Assembly: GCF_020091585.1 (NCBI RefSeq)
Contig: NZ_CP083582.1
Location: 4,348,536-4,412,535 of the forward strand
DNA: 64,000 nt
Reading direction: 5' to 3'
Origin: Kovacikia minuta CCNUW1
GTDB taxonomy: Bacteria > Cyanobacteriota > Cyanobacteriia > Leptolyngbyales > Leptolyngbyaceae
Below the pieces are notes generated by a model. That model was not told the origin of the DNA. It ran no database searches and saw nothing but the letters and a program-made list of their open reading frames with translations. Shown piece after piece: positions 38,832 to 49,708 of this stretch; the first letter of the stretch is position 1, and every line of letters starts with the position of its first letter. The position numbers and the translations under genes were made by a program.

Positions 38832-40637
38832 ATGAAATTTTTAGAAAAATTGCTGCCAGAAAAATCTTCCTCCCAGGTTGGGTTTTTGGCTGTTTGGGAA
38901 ATCCTGGCGATCGCGGTTGTTTCACTCCTGCTGACCGCGATCGAGATTCAGCTTTCCCAGCAGGCAGGAATTCTAGGGAATCCGATTCCCTATGATGGAG
39001 TTGCTTATGTTTTAGAAGCAAAACAACTATACTACCGATTTGGTCGTGGCTGGTTTCGCACCCCATCTCCCCTAATTGACCTGTTTGGCAATCGGTATCC
39101 GGTCTGGACTGCACTGATGATGCTGTCTCAAATTTTATTTGGAGAAGGTGAGTGGCAGTGCTATTCCGTTCACTTCTGGTCCACTTTCTTGTTGTTGCTC
39201 CTGATGCTGTGGGTGGTTCGCAGTCGCAGCAATGGCTACCTTGCCTGGACGATTGTAATCATCACTGGACTACTGCCGATCGCCAGTACTAGTTTACGAG
39301 CAGCCACGCTGTACTACTTTAAGCCACCTCAGGGAACGATTCGCTATGGCATTACGAACCTTGAGTGGTACGCTGCCGATTTACGTCCCAATATTCTATG
39401 TTTTGTGCTGCTGCTGTGGGCGATCGTGCTGCTGGTTGAACGGGTTCGTTCCCTCAACCGCAGCATTTTATTGATTGCGGGAACCTTTACTGCCCTGGCG
39501 GTGCTGACCAAAGCGACCTACCTGCCGATCGTGGTCATGATGATTGGGTTGACCCTGGTGTACGTTGGCTGGGTGAACCGGAAGCGGTTACGGTCAACGG
39601 TTCTAACCTGTGGTTGGGGTTTGCTTTCTTTTCTGGTGTTGACCGTTCCCTGGATGATGATCGGGGGATTTGGAACGACGATCGGATACATTTACTGGAA
39701 CGCGATCGTCAACGGTTCGGTTTGGGCGACCACAAATCCAACGTTTCTGACCGAAACAACCCACTACTGGAAAAAGTTCCCATTTTTTATGGGACCCGAA
39801 GGCTGGTTCGTTTTAACCGCAGGGCTACTTTCGTTCGCCGTCGTCTGGGTAAAGTCAAAGCGGGTAGACGATCGACTATTAGCTTATTTGGGGTTGGCAA
39901 TTGTTTACTATGCGTTTGTTGCCGCTAACCAGGTGAAGGATCATTTTTCGGGAAACCTTTACTATCTGTTGCTCTGGTTGTTCTGCTGGCTGGCGATGTT
40001 GCCCATTTTACTTTGGGCAACGCAGCGCTTCAGACCCTTGCCGCTGCTCCTGGCAGGACTATACCTCGTGATTACGTTATCCAGAGGATTATACGTTTCT
40101 CTGAACTGGCCCCCCCAGTACCAGGTCGGGCAACAAAATCATGCGGTGATTCAGCAGATGGGCGAAGACCTGTTTGCCCTGCTGACGCCAGACGATTGCT
40201 TCGTTCCAGCAGATACGTCCAATGTTTCCAATATTCAGTATTACGCCGTTGGCAAGCGGCGGCAGAACCGGGGTAGAGTCCCAAATATGGTTGCCTGGCC
40301 ATTAAACCCAACACCGCCCTCGCAAGCCGAAGTGAACAAATTTATTCAAGCCAGTGTTAGTCAATGTAAAGCAATCTTTACCTACGAAATTCCTTTAGAA
40401 GAAGCCGCTCGCTACTTTGCGATTCAACCACAAGTCATGCCCTTCTATCAAGCTGTAAATCAGTGGGTCAAAGGCGATCGTAGTGGGTACCAAGCGGGAC
40501 CCCTTTACTCATTTAGATTCAACTATTGCAAGGATAGAAGCTGTAAATCTGAGGAAATTCCGGTTCGGCTTTACCGAAAAGCGCCCAAATCTAATCCTAA
40601 AGCGGGTGAGATGGAAGAGGTAAGGAACAAGGGGTAA
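38832..40637 (+). CDS. Polytopic membrane protein, GT-C-like architecture (putative lipid-linked glycosyltransferase), paralog 1 of 3
   Basis: 601 aa. About 11-12 TM helices in the first about 420 aa, then a soluble C-terminal domain. About 55-60% identity to 40722..42473. Confidence 0.4.
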   Translation: MKFLEKLLPEKSSSQVGFLAVWEILAIAVVSLLLTAIEIQLSQQAGILGNPIPYDGVAYVLEAKQLYYRFGRGWFRTPSPLIDLFGNRYPVWTALMMLSQILFGEGEWQCYSVHFWSTFLLLLLMLWVVRSRSNGYLAWTIVIITGLLPIASTSLRAATLYYFKPPQGTIRYGITNLEWYAADLRPNILCFVLLLWAIVLLVERVRSLNRSILLIAGTFTALAVLTKATYLPIVVMMIGLTLVYVGWVNRKRLRSTVLTCGWGLLSFLVLTVPWMMIGGFGTTIGYIYWNAIVNGSVWATTNPTFLTETTHYWKKFPFFMGPEGWFVLTAGLLSFAVVWVKSKRVDDRLLAYLGLAIVYYAFVAANQVKDHFSGNLYYLLLWLFCWLAMLPILLWATQRFRPLPLLLAGLYLVITLSRGLYVSLNWPPQYQVGQQNHAVIQQMGEDLFALLTPDDCFVPADTSNVSNIQYYAVGKRRQNRGRVPNMVAWPLNPTPPSQAEVNKFIQASVSQCKAIFTYEIPLEEAARYFAIQPQVMPFYQAVNQWVKGDRSGYQAGPLYSFRFNYCKDRSCKSEEIPVRLYRKAPKSNPKAGEMEEVRNKG

Positions 40638-40721
40638 GGGAGAAGGAGTTTATTTGCGCTTGGCTTACCGCTTACGCGCTATCCGTATTCGCCGAATTGA
40701 TCATTCCGAACGCTCGCTTCT

Positions 40722-42473
40722 ATGAAATCTTTAGAAGAACTATCAACCCAAAAACTATCACCGGTCAGATTTCCAACCATTTGGGAAGTTCTGGCGATCG
40801 CCGCCCTATCGTTCTTCCTAACAGCGCTTGAAATTAAGCTGTCTCAACAGACTGGTATTCTGGCGAACCCAATTCCCAATGATGGAATTTCCTATTTCTT
40901 AGAAACCAAGCAGCTATTTTACAGACTGGGTCAGGGTTGGTTCCAGCAGCCGTCTCCGCTGGTGGAACTGATCGGGAATCGCTATCCCCTCTGGACTACC
41001 CTGATGTTACTTTCCCAGGCAATTTTTGGAGAAGGCGAGTGGCAGTGCTATTCAATTCACTTCTGGCCCACCTTTTTTTTGTTGCTGCTGTTGCTGTGGG
41101 TTATTCGTAGCCGAAGTAATGCCTACATTGCTTGGACCTGTGTGATGATTACCGGGCTACTGCCGATCGTCAGTACGAGTTTACGGGCAGCAGCAAAATA
41201 TTATTTTTCGTCTCCAGTGGAAATAACCCGATTTGGCAGATATGTGATTGATTGGTACCTGACCGATGCCCGTCCTAATGTATTTTGCACGGTGCTATTG
41301 CTCTGGGCAGTCGTGATTCTGGTAGAACATGTTCGTTGCCTTAACCGCAATCTGCTGCTACTGGTGGGAACCTTTGCAGCATTGTCTTTACTGGCAAAAG
41401 CGACCTATCTGCCGATGATCATCATCATGATGGGGCTGACCTTGCTTTATGTTGGTTGGGTGAATCGGAACCAGTTACGCTCAACCATTTTGACGTGCTG
41501 CTGGGGGCTACTACCCTTCCTGATCCTGACCCTTCCCTGGGCCATCGCAGGCGGGCTGCGGTTCACAATTGACTACATTTACTGGAATGCGATCGTCAAT
41601 GGTTCAGCCTGGGCAAAGGCAAATCGCACCTTTCTTTCCGAATCCATTTACTACTGGAACCTATTTCCCAAATGGTTTGGCCCCGAAGGCTGGCTGGTTC
41701 TAATTTTAGGAGTGCTATCGTTTGGTATCCTGGGGGCAAAGCTAAAACGGGTGGACGATCGGCTCCTGGCTTACTTAGGACTGGCAGCCATCCAGTATGG
41801 GTTTGTCTCCGCCAGCCAGGTAAAAGATTACTTTTCGGGAAATCTTTATTATCTGCTGCTCTGGATTTTCTGCTGGATCGCCATCAGTCCTGTTTTGTTG
41901 TGGGTCAGTAGGGGCTTCAAAGCTTTACCATTAGTGTTTGTTGGGTTGTATCTTGTTCTCGTTCTATCTAGAGGAATCTATGCTTCGCTTAACTGGTTCC
42001 CCGAATACCAGGTCGGACTCCAGAACTATACGATGATTCAGCAAATTGGTAAGGACTTGAAGGGAATGCTCACCCCAGAGGACTGCTTTGTTCCCTCTGA
42101 TGCCTCCAATGCCACCAATATCCAGTACTACACGATCCACGAACAGGGAGAGTACGCCGGGAGAAATCCGAGATTGACTGCCTGGGTGTTGAGTAAGGAT
42201 ATTCCGTCTGAAGCCGAAATTAATTCTTTTTTGGAAAAACACGTGAGTCAGTGCAAAGCCATCCTGGTGCATGAGGGGCAACTGGAGGAAGCCGCTCGTT
42301 TCTTTGCGTTGAGAACGCAGGTCATGCCTTTCTATCAAATCGTCCAGCAATGGGTCAAACGTCCTGACAGTCCCTACAAGCCAGGTCCTCTCTACACCTT
42401 TGCCTTTAATGACTGCCAGAAAAGAACCTGCGAGTCTAAAACCATCCAGATTCGGCTTTACCAGAAGGTGTAG
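40722..42473 (+). CDS. GT-C-like polytopic membrane protein, paralog 2 of 3
   Basis: 583 aa, collinear with paralogs 1 and 3 ('GNRYPLWTTLMLLSQAIFGEGEWQCYSIHFWP...'). Confidence 0.4.
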   Translation: MKSLEELSTQKLSPVRFPTIWEVLAIAALSFFLTALEIKLSQQTGILANPIPNDGISYFLETKQLFYRLGQGWFQQPSPLVELIGNRYPLWTTLMLLSQAIFGEGEWQCYSIHFWPTFFLLLLLLWVIRSRSNAYIAWTCVMITGLLPIVSTSLRAAAKYYFSSPVEITRFGRYVIDWYLTDARPNVFCTVLLLWAVVILVEHVRCLNRNLLLLVGTFAALSLLAKATYLPMIIIMMGLTLLYVGWVNRNQLRSTILTCCWGLLPFLILTLPWAIAGGLRFTIDYIYWNAIVNGSAWAKANRTFLSESIYYWNLFPKWFGPEGWLVLILGVLSFGILGAKLKRVDDRLLAYLGLAAIQYGFVSASQVKDYFSGNLYYLLLWIFCWIAISPVLLWVSRGFKALPLVFVGLYLVLVLSRGIYASLNWFPEYQVGLQNYTMIQQIGKDLKGMLTPEDCFVPSDASNATNIQYYTIHEQGEYAGRNPRLTAWVLSKDIPSEAEINSFLEKHVSQCKAILVHEGQLEEAARFFALRTQVMPFYQIVQQWVKRPDSPYKPGPLYTFAFNDCQKRTCESKTIQIRLYQKV

Positions 42474-42536
42474 AAGGACAGGGAGTCATTAACCCGTTAT
42501 CCAAATTAATTGCTCAAAATCACCACCATGAAGTTG

Positions 42537-44256
42537 TTAGAGGAATCATCGAGCGCACCGTTTCCTACTGTGCAGGAAACGCCTGGCGATCGCAGGTTTA
42601 TCCGTCGTGTTGACTGCAATTGAGATTAAACTGTCCCAGCAGTCTGGAATCTTGGCAAACCCAATTCTAAATGACGGAATCTCCTATTTGGTAGGAGCAA
42701 AGCAACTGTTCTACAAACTAGGACAAGGTTGGTTCCAAAATCCGTCTCCTCTACTGGAACTGTTTGGGAATCGCTATCCCCTCTGGACAACCTTGCTTCT
42801 GCTTTCCCAAACTATTTTTGGAGAAGGTGAGTGGCAATCCTACGCAGTTCGCTTCTGGCCTTCCTTCCTGTTCCTGCTATTGATGCTATGGGTTGTGCGC
42901 AGGCGTAGCAATGCCTCCATCGCCTGGGCAGTCGTGTTAATTACCGGGTTGCTGCCAATTATCAGCACAAGCCTACGGGCAATGGCGTATTATTTCTTCT
43001 CGCCAGCAGAAATGGTTTTGTTTGGTAAGGTTCCCTTGGCATGGTACATTGCCGACCTGCGCCCCAATGTTTTCTGTTTCGTACTGTTGCTCTGGGCAAT
43101 CGTGGTTCTGGTCGAACAGGTCCATTGCTTGAATCGCAATGTTCTGCTGGTTTCTGGCACCTTTACAGGGCTGGCATTACTGGGGAAGGCAACCTATTTG
43201 CCGATGATCACCTTAATGATGGGGCTGACACTGCTCTATGTGGGTTGGGTCAACCGGAAACAGCTTCGCTCAACCGTCTTGACCTGCTGTTGGGGGTTGC
43301 TGCCATTTCTAGCCTTAACTCTTCCCTGGGCAATGATTGGGGGATTTGGTTTAACGATTCGATACATTTATTGGAATGCCATCGTCAATGCACCTGTTTG
43401 GGCAACTGCAAATCCGACATTTCTGACCGAATCAACCTATTACTGGAATCTGTTCCCCAAATGGTTTGGATTAGAAGGTTGGCTAATTTTAGTCCTGGGA
43501 TTGCTTTCCTTTGGGATTGTGGGGCTAAAACTTAAACGAGTTGATCATCGTCTGACTGCCTACCTGGGGTTGGCAGTTGCGTACTACATCTTTGTTTCGA
43601 TTAGTCAAGTCAAGGATTATTTTTCGGGAAGCTTATATTATTTGCTGATGTGGTTGTTTTGCTGGCTGGCAATGCTACCCATTTTGGTTTGGGTTAGCCA
43701 CCACTCCAAAATTTTGCCCTTAGGATTCGCCGGATTGTATCTGGTCATCGTTCTGTCTAGGGGTTTTTATGCATCCTTACATTGGCCCCTTGAGTATCAG
43801 GTCGGGCAACAAAACCGTGCGGTGATCCAGCAGATTGGCAAAGATTTGGCAACTTTCACCCCGGAAGATTGTTTTGTCCCATCAGATGCCTCCAACTCCA
43901 GCAACATTCGGTACTACACAATCAATAAAGATGGGAGCAACCGAGGTAAGCCTCTTCAAATAATGGTCTGGATTATGGGCACTTCGGCACCCTCTGAACC
44001 CGAAATTAACGAATTTTTCAATACCTATGTCAATCAATGCAGGGCAGTTTTCGTTCATGAGAGCTCCTTGGAAGAAGCTGCTCACTATGTCTCCATGCCT
44101 CTGCTGGTCATGCCGTTCTATCAAGCGCTGCAAAAGTGGATTAGCCGACCCGGTAGTCCCTATCAACCAGGCCCAGTTTATTCATTTCTATTTAATACCT
44201 GTGAGCATCGGAACTGCACGGCTCATCGATTGAACATTCGGCTTTACACGAAATGA
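42537..44256 (+). pseudogene. GT-C-like polytopic membrane protein, paralog 3 of 3, with a 5' frameshift (single extra C near 42590)
   Basis: ORF 42607..44256 lacks the first about 35 aa. The ATG at 42537 gives 'MKLLEESSSAPFPT...', homologous to the paralog N-terminus 'MKSLEELSTQKLSPVRFPT'. The next frame then continues '...LAIAGLSVVLTAIEIK'. Deleting one C in 'acgcctggcg' restores the frame. Confidence 0.5.
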
Positions 44257-44283
44257 GTCAGTAGAGGGATACCACGATCGCCC

Positions 44284-45630
44284 TCACTCTCCATCCCCCA
44301 ACCCGATCGCCGCCGAAATTGACCCCAACCCCCTCTCCTCCAATTTCTGCACCAGTCCTTGCAGAATCCGGCGTACCATCCAGGGACCTTCATAGATCCA
44401 ACCTGTGTAGACCTGGATTAGACTGGCTCCCGCAGTGATCTTTTCCCAGGCGTCCTCAGCGGTAAAGATGCCGCCCACACCGATAATAGGCAATGTGCCC
44501 TGGGTTTCCTTCCAGATAAAGCGGATGACTTCGGTGGAGCGATCTCGCAACGGCGCACCACTAATTCCCCCCGCTTCCGCTTGAACAGAGTTTCCGGTGG
44601 ATTCCAGCACTTGTGTTGTAAGACCCTCCCGACGAATTGTGGTGTTGGTGGCGATGATCCCTGCCAAATGGTGCTTTTTTGCCAAATCAAGGACGGCTGC
44701 GATCGCCTCCCACTCCAGATCCGGCGCAATCTTAATTAGTAATGGCTTTTGTTGTTGATTTTCCTGCTGCAATGCCGTCAGGATGGGGTCGAGTTGGTCG
44801 GTTGCCTGGAGCGATCGTAGCCCTGGCGTGTTGGGCGAACTCACATTCACCACAAAGTAATCTCCCAGGTGCTTCAGCAATCGAAAACTGCCCAGGTAAT
44901 CGGCTGCTGCTTCCTCCAGGGGAGTGATTTTAGATTTGCCGAGATTAATTCCCAGAGGCAAGGGTGTGGGGTGTGGGGTGTGGGGTCTGGGGTGTGGGGT
45001 CTGGGGTGTGGGGGAAAGTTTTGAATTTTGAAATTTGAAATTTGAATTTTGAATTGAAGACATCTCCGTATCTTCCCCTCCTTCTGCCTTCTGCCCTCTG
45101 CCTTCTGCCTTTATCTCCTCTACACCCCACACCCCACACCCCACACCCCTCCTACTTAGCCGCTCCGCCATCACCGCCGCACCCTGGTTATTAAACCCCA
45201 TGCGATTCAAAACTGCCTGATCTTGGGGTAGTCGGAACAGGCGCGGACGGGGATTGCCAGGTTGGGGATGGAGGGTGACGGTACCCAGTTCAGCAAAGCC
45301 AAAGCCAAAGCCAGACCAGATGCCAGCAGCAACACCGTCTTTATCAAATCCAGCGGCAAGACCGATCGGATTGGCAAAATTTAGCCCCCATAGGGTTTGT
45401 CTTAAGTGGGGATGGGTGAGACAGTAGGAGTGTTGCAGGGATGTCTGAATCCATTTCGAGAAAGGCTGAGAATGGTGTTGGTCAACCCAACCCAACATCC
45501 GCAGGGTTTGCTGGTGTAACCACTCCGGGTCGGTTTTGAGCCGGGTGAATAAAACTGGACGGATGACAGCCTGGTAAATATCCATCTGAACTCTCGGAAA
45601 CGAACTAGGATGGTAGCAATGTTGTCTCAA
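44284..45630 (-). CDS. pyrD: Dihydroorotate dehydrogenase (quinone), class 2, carrying an about 65-aa in-frame repeat-encoded insertion
   Basis: '[18 protein letters not shown]', '[11 protein letters not shown]', 'LGINLGKSK', 'IIGVGGI' PyrD motifs. 448 aa against a typical about 370-390. Confidence 0.9.
   Translation of the reverse strand: MRQHCYHPSSFPRVQMDIYQAVIRPVLFTRLKTDPEWLHQQTLRMLGWVDQHHSQPFSKWIQTSLQHSYCLTHPHLRQTLWGLNFANPIGLAAGFDKDGVAAGIWSGFGFGFAELGTVTLHPQPGNPRPRLFRLPQDQAVLNRMGFNNQGAAVMAERLSRRGVGCGVWGVEEIKAEGRGQKAEGGEDTEMSSIQNSNFKFQNSKLSPTPQTPHPRPHTPHPTPLPLGINLGKSKITPLEEAAADYLGSFRLLKHLGDYFVVNVSSPNTPGLRSLQATDQLDPILTALQQENQQQKPLLIKIAPDLEWEAIAAVLDLAKKHHLAGIIATNTTIRREGLTTQVLESTGNSVQAEAGGISGAPLRDRSTEVIRFIWKETQGTLPIIGVGGIFTAEDAWEKITAGASLIQVYTGWIYEGPWMVRRILQGLVQKLEERGLGSISAAIGLGDGE
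44941..45166. repeat. Composite palindromic STRR cluster inside pyrD: (GGGGTGT)n ... (TTTTGAA)n ... (CTTCTGC)n ... (CCCCACA)n
   Basis: Outer arms 'gggtgtggggtgtggggtgtggggtctgggg' and 'ccccacaccccacaccccacacccc' are reverse complements. It translates in the gene frame as '...[55 protein letters not shown]...'. Confidence 0.8.
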
Positions 45631-45675
45631 GATTATGACAGCATCGTTTTGTTATAGCCTCTCCTGCTCTCAAAC

Positions 45676-48491
45676 ATGGTTCAGCCCAAAGAGCCAAACG
45701 CCCACCTTTACGATAGACAACTGGTTGCCCTGGGGCGCGTTCTGCAAACCCTGCGGGAGGAGGAGAACACGGATGTTCTAATGGATACGGTATTGACCTA
45801 TCTTCAGGCGGAATTTGACTATACGCTGATTTGGATTGGGCTTTATGACCGTTTAGAGCACCGTCTGTATGGCAAGGGTGGAGTCATGTCAGGGGGGCAG
45901 GCGGCGTTTTTAAAGCAGCGCTTTGCGTTAAATCCGGGAGATATCCTGGAACAGGTTGTGATTCAACAACGTCCATTGGCAGTTCCTGACCTACGGGAAG
46001 AGTTGCGGGCAGGAGAATGGCGGAAGGTCGCACGAAATTTGAATATTCAGGGAACCGTCATCTTTCCAATCCGCTATAAGGATCGCTGCTACGGCGTCAC
46101 CCTGTTGGGAACATCTCTTTGGGGGGCTTCCCCCCGCACCGATGAGAAGGCACGGTTGTCGATGATTTTGGGCGCGTTGGGTGCGTCTTTATACCAGATT
46201 GAGGTGGAATGGCAGCGGCAACAGACAAAGCGCCCGGATCAGCCGTTGTTGGCGCTTTTAACGAAACTACGATCGCTGCCGGGTTTGGGGGCACGGTTGG
46301 AAGCAGTGGTGGAGGAGACCCATCAGTTCATTCAACCGACCCGTACCAGTGTCTACTGGTTTGAGCGGGAACGTCGTTATTTCTGGCGCAGAGTCAGCAA
46401 TCGCCAGAAGGCGACAGGCTTTAGTGAGGCCAGTCAGCCTGCTTCGGGTATCACGGTTCAAGAGGTCAGTGGGTTCTACCAAGCGCTTCTGTCGGAGCAG
46501 GTGGTGTCGATCGGTGAGGCGCACAGTTCCCTCAAAGCAGACACAACCAGTCGCTTGATGCAGCAAATCCGGGCCCGATCGCTGCTGGCAGCACCCATCC
46601 TGTTTCAGAATGAACTACTGGGCTTTCTGGCAGTCGAAGGGAACGAACCCCGCATCTGGGAGGAGGAAGAAAAAAATTACATCCGGGGAGCTGCCCAAAT
46701 CATTGCCCTGCTTGCCCCCCTCGATGAAATGGAGCAAACCATCGACCAGAGCCGTCTGGATCAGGTGCTGACGGCGGAAATTGCCCGCTCCATTTACAAC
46801 GATGAAGACTGGAAAACGACCCTCAAAATGTCCGCAGACCAGCTCTGCAAGCGGCTGAAATGTGAACGGTTTATTGTTTTGTTGTATAACAAGGAACTGG
46901 GCAAGTTTGAAATTTGCTACCAGAGCCAGCCTGCTAATCGCCGCCCCTTTTCCGCTCACCTCGATCTCCTAAATCAGGCTGATTGGAAGCTGGTAGAAAA
47001 GAGCCAGGAAACGGTTGGAATTGAAAACCTGGATGGGGAACTTAAACTGCTGGCATGGCGCGATCGTCTGTTGGAGTTAGGGGTGCGATCGGCTGCTTGT
47101 GTGTAATACCTCGATTGGGCGTCCTCTGGAAGGAGTTTTGATGCTCTGCCACGAAAGCCCGCGCACCTGGAATCGAAGTGAGTCTGACCTGGTGCGGATT
47201 GTGAGCCAGCAAGTTGGTCTCATTCTGCATCAGTGGCAGCTTCAGAAGCAGAATGAACAGCAACAGAAAATTAACCAGACGATTCAGTGGGGGCTGACTC
47301 TGATTCAGCAGACCCACCAGATTGATCCCCTGGAGCAGGCTGCCTTGCAACATATCAGCCAGGTGCTTCAGGTACCCCTGGCAATGCTGATTACCTGGCT
47401 ACCGGGCGGAACTGTAGCTCGCATTAGCAGTCCCATCATTACCAGCGATCGGTTTGCCTTAAATGTGGATGCAAAAATTCCAATCCTGGGTGATCCATTG
47501 ATCCGGTGGACGTTGGAAAGCGATGGGATGCTGCCGTTGACGATCGAAGATATCCCTGCTGAAACGCGTAAGTGGCTGCACGGCACAAGCGTTGGTCAAG
47601 TCCTCGCCATTGCTCTGCGAACGTCTCCAGAGCATGAACCAACTGGCATGGTTGTGGTAGCGGATGGGGTCGAGCGGCACTGGTCCGAACGGCATCTCAG
47701 CGCGATGGGAACCCTGGCGAGCCAGCTTGCCTGGTCGCGGCGCTACCTGGCATTGACTCAAAACCTCTCGACTCAACGGGATCAGTTAGAACGCCTTGAA
47801 CTGGTACAAACACCGCCGCCTTGAGGATGTTTATCGCTCTGCGAGTGTCAGTCTAAAAAGACTCGGTGAACTCAACAATCCCAAAGATCCGCTGTTCGTT
47901 ACCCGCCAGCAGCAGCTTTTGCGCCAACTGAATGAATCGATCGCTCCCCTGGCTCCCCTGATTCAAGAAGAACAGTGGCAGATGCGGATCTTCCCCCAAA
48001 CCTCTTCTCTGATTAGCTTGCTGAAACGGGCAATGGAACGGGTGGATGGATTAATCAAGCAACGTCAGCTTTGGTCACAAATTCATAATGACAACGAAAC
48101 CAACCTGACCGTTGGGGGTGACGTGATCAAAATTGAATTGGTGCTGTACGAGTTGCTGCTGGTTGCCTGCCTGCGATCGGAAGCAGGTGGGCGAATTGAC
48201 ATCTGGTGTCGCCAAATCGACAGTCGTTGGCTAGAACTGTCCATTACTGATAACGGGCGGATCGAACCCCAACTCATCACCGATCTTGAAACGGGTCGGG
48301 CGGTTGATTTGCTGGCACCCTCTTTGCTGGATCACCCCCCCGGTTTGCATTTGATGGTTTGCCAATCTCTCATGAAGCAAATTGGGGGAGAATTCAACCT
48401 GTACAAATTGGAAGACGAACGTATCCTCAGCCGTCTTGTCATCCCCCTAGCACAGCCCAATCGATCGGTTACTGGTCCGCCAGCTTCCTGA
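45676..48491 (+). pseudogene. Multi-GAF sensor with degenerate histidine-kinase-like C-terminus, split into three ORFs by two frameshifts (about 47100 and about 47800)
   Basis: ORFs 45676..47106, 47099..47824 and 47796..48491 are collinear pieces ('...GVRSAACV*' / 'CNTSIGRPLEGVLMLCHESPRTW' GAF continuation; the last piece is HATPase-like 'IWCRQIDSRWLELSITDNGRI'). The first break is at a (TG)3.5 dinucleotide run, 47098-47104. Confidence 0.6.
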
Positions 48492-48634
48492 CGAGAAAAA
48501 GGCAGAGGGCAGAGGGCAGAAGGAAAAGCTTTTTTGAGGAGTGAGGGGTGACGATTAAAGGATGCTTTTTATCCTTTATCCTTGTATCCTTTCCCTGACA
48601 CTTACCACCTACCACCTACCACCTGCAATTCAAA

Positions 48635-49369
48635 ATGGTGTTATTTCACCCGCGAGAAATCATTGGTCTGATTCCCGCAGCAGGGCAAGCAACCAGAATT
48701 TCGCCCCTGCCGCTTAGCAAAGAATTGTTTCCGATCGGGTTTCAGCCGAGCGGTTCTAACAACAGCTTAAGACCGAAAGTAGCCTGTCAGTATTTGCTAG
48801 AAAAGATGAAACAGGCTGGCATTTCCAAAGCCTATCTGATTCTCCGTTCTGGTAAATGGGACATTCCTACCTATTTTGGGGATGGGGCAATGCTGGGAAT
48901 GAATCTGGGCTATTTGCTGATGGGATTGCCCTACGGTGTACCGTATACCTTAAATCAGGCCTATCCCTTTGTGAAAGGGGCAACGATCGCAATGGGATTT
49001 CCCGACATTCTATTTCAGCCCAGGGATGCGTTTGTAAGACTTCTGGAACGGCAGGTCCAGAGTGGTGCGGAGGTAGTCTTGGGCTTATTTCCGACGGATC
49101 AGCCCGAAAAGGTTGGAGTTGTAGATTTCGACGCTACCGGACGGGTTCACCTGATTGCTGAAAAATCTCAGTTGACCCATCTACGCTATATGTGGGCGAT
49201 CGCAGTCTGGACTCCCACATTTACGCAGTTTCTGCACGAATATCTACTGGACACCGAAAAAAGCAATGAACCAACGCTGCGCCCGGAATTGCCGATCGGA
49301 GATGTGATTCAAGCGGCGATCGACAGGGGTTTTCAGGTAGAGGCAGAAACCTTTAATCAGGGGCGCTGA
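48635..49369 (+). CDS. Sugar-phosphate nucleotidyltransferase-family protein
   Basis: 'IGLIPAAGQATRISPLPLSKELFPIG' is the nucleotidyltransferase N-terminal motif. 244 aa. Confidence 0.6.
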   Translation: MVLFHPREIIGLIPAAGQATRISPLPLSKELFPIGFQPSGSNNSLRPKVACQYLLEKMKQAGISKAYLILRSGKWDIPTYFGDGAMLGMNLGYLLMGLPYGVPYTLNQAYPFVKGATIAMGFPDILFQPRDAFVRLLERQVQSGAEVVLGLFPTDQPEKVGVVDFDATGRVHLIAEKSQLTHLRYMWAIAVWTPTFTQFLHEYLLDTEKSNEPTLRPELPIGDVIQAAIDRGFQVEAETFNQGR

Positions 49370-49708
49370 CCTGGACATCGGTACACCGGAAAACCTGATT
49401 GAGGCGGTTCGAAATTTTGAACAGTGGTAGAAGCAAGGGTGGAGTTTCGAGATTTCAGCCTAACCTCCAAAAGTTGAGGTGATGCTGAATAGCCGGATGA
49501 ATTGGAGCGGAATTTCAGTTCATCCAACTCCCAATTCATACCTCAGATTCAGCAACACCAAAGCTTGGGGGTATTGAGGAGATTTCTAAGAAAAAGTTTA
49601 CCGTTGTAGGGGCGAAAATAAGGTCAAAATGCCTCCCACCCCTACGACCAATTGGGCTTGTGGTTTTTGGGGTAACTTCATTTCTGGAAATCTCCTTAAT
49701 TCTCGTTC

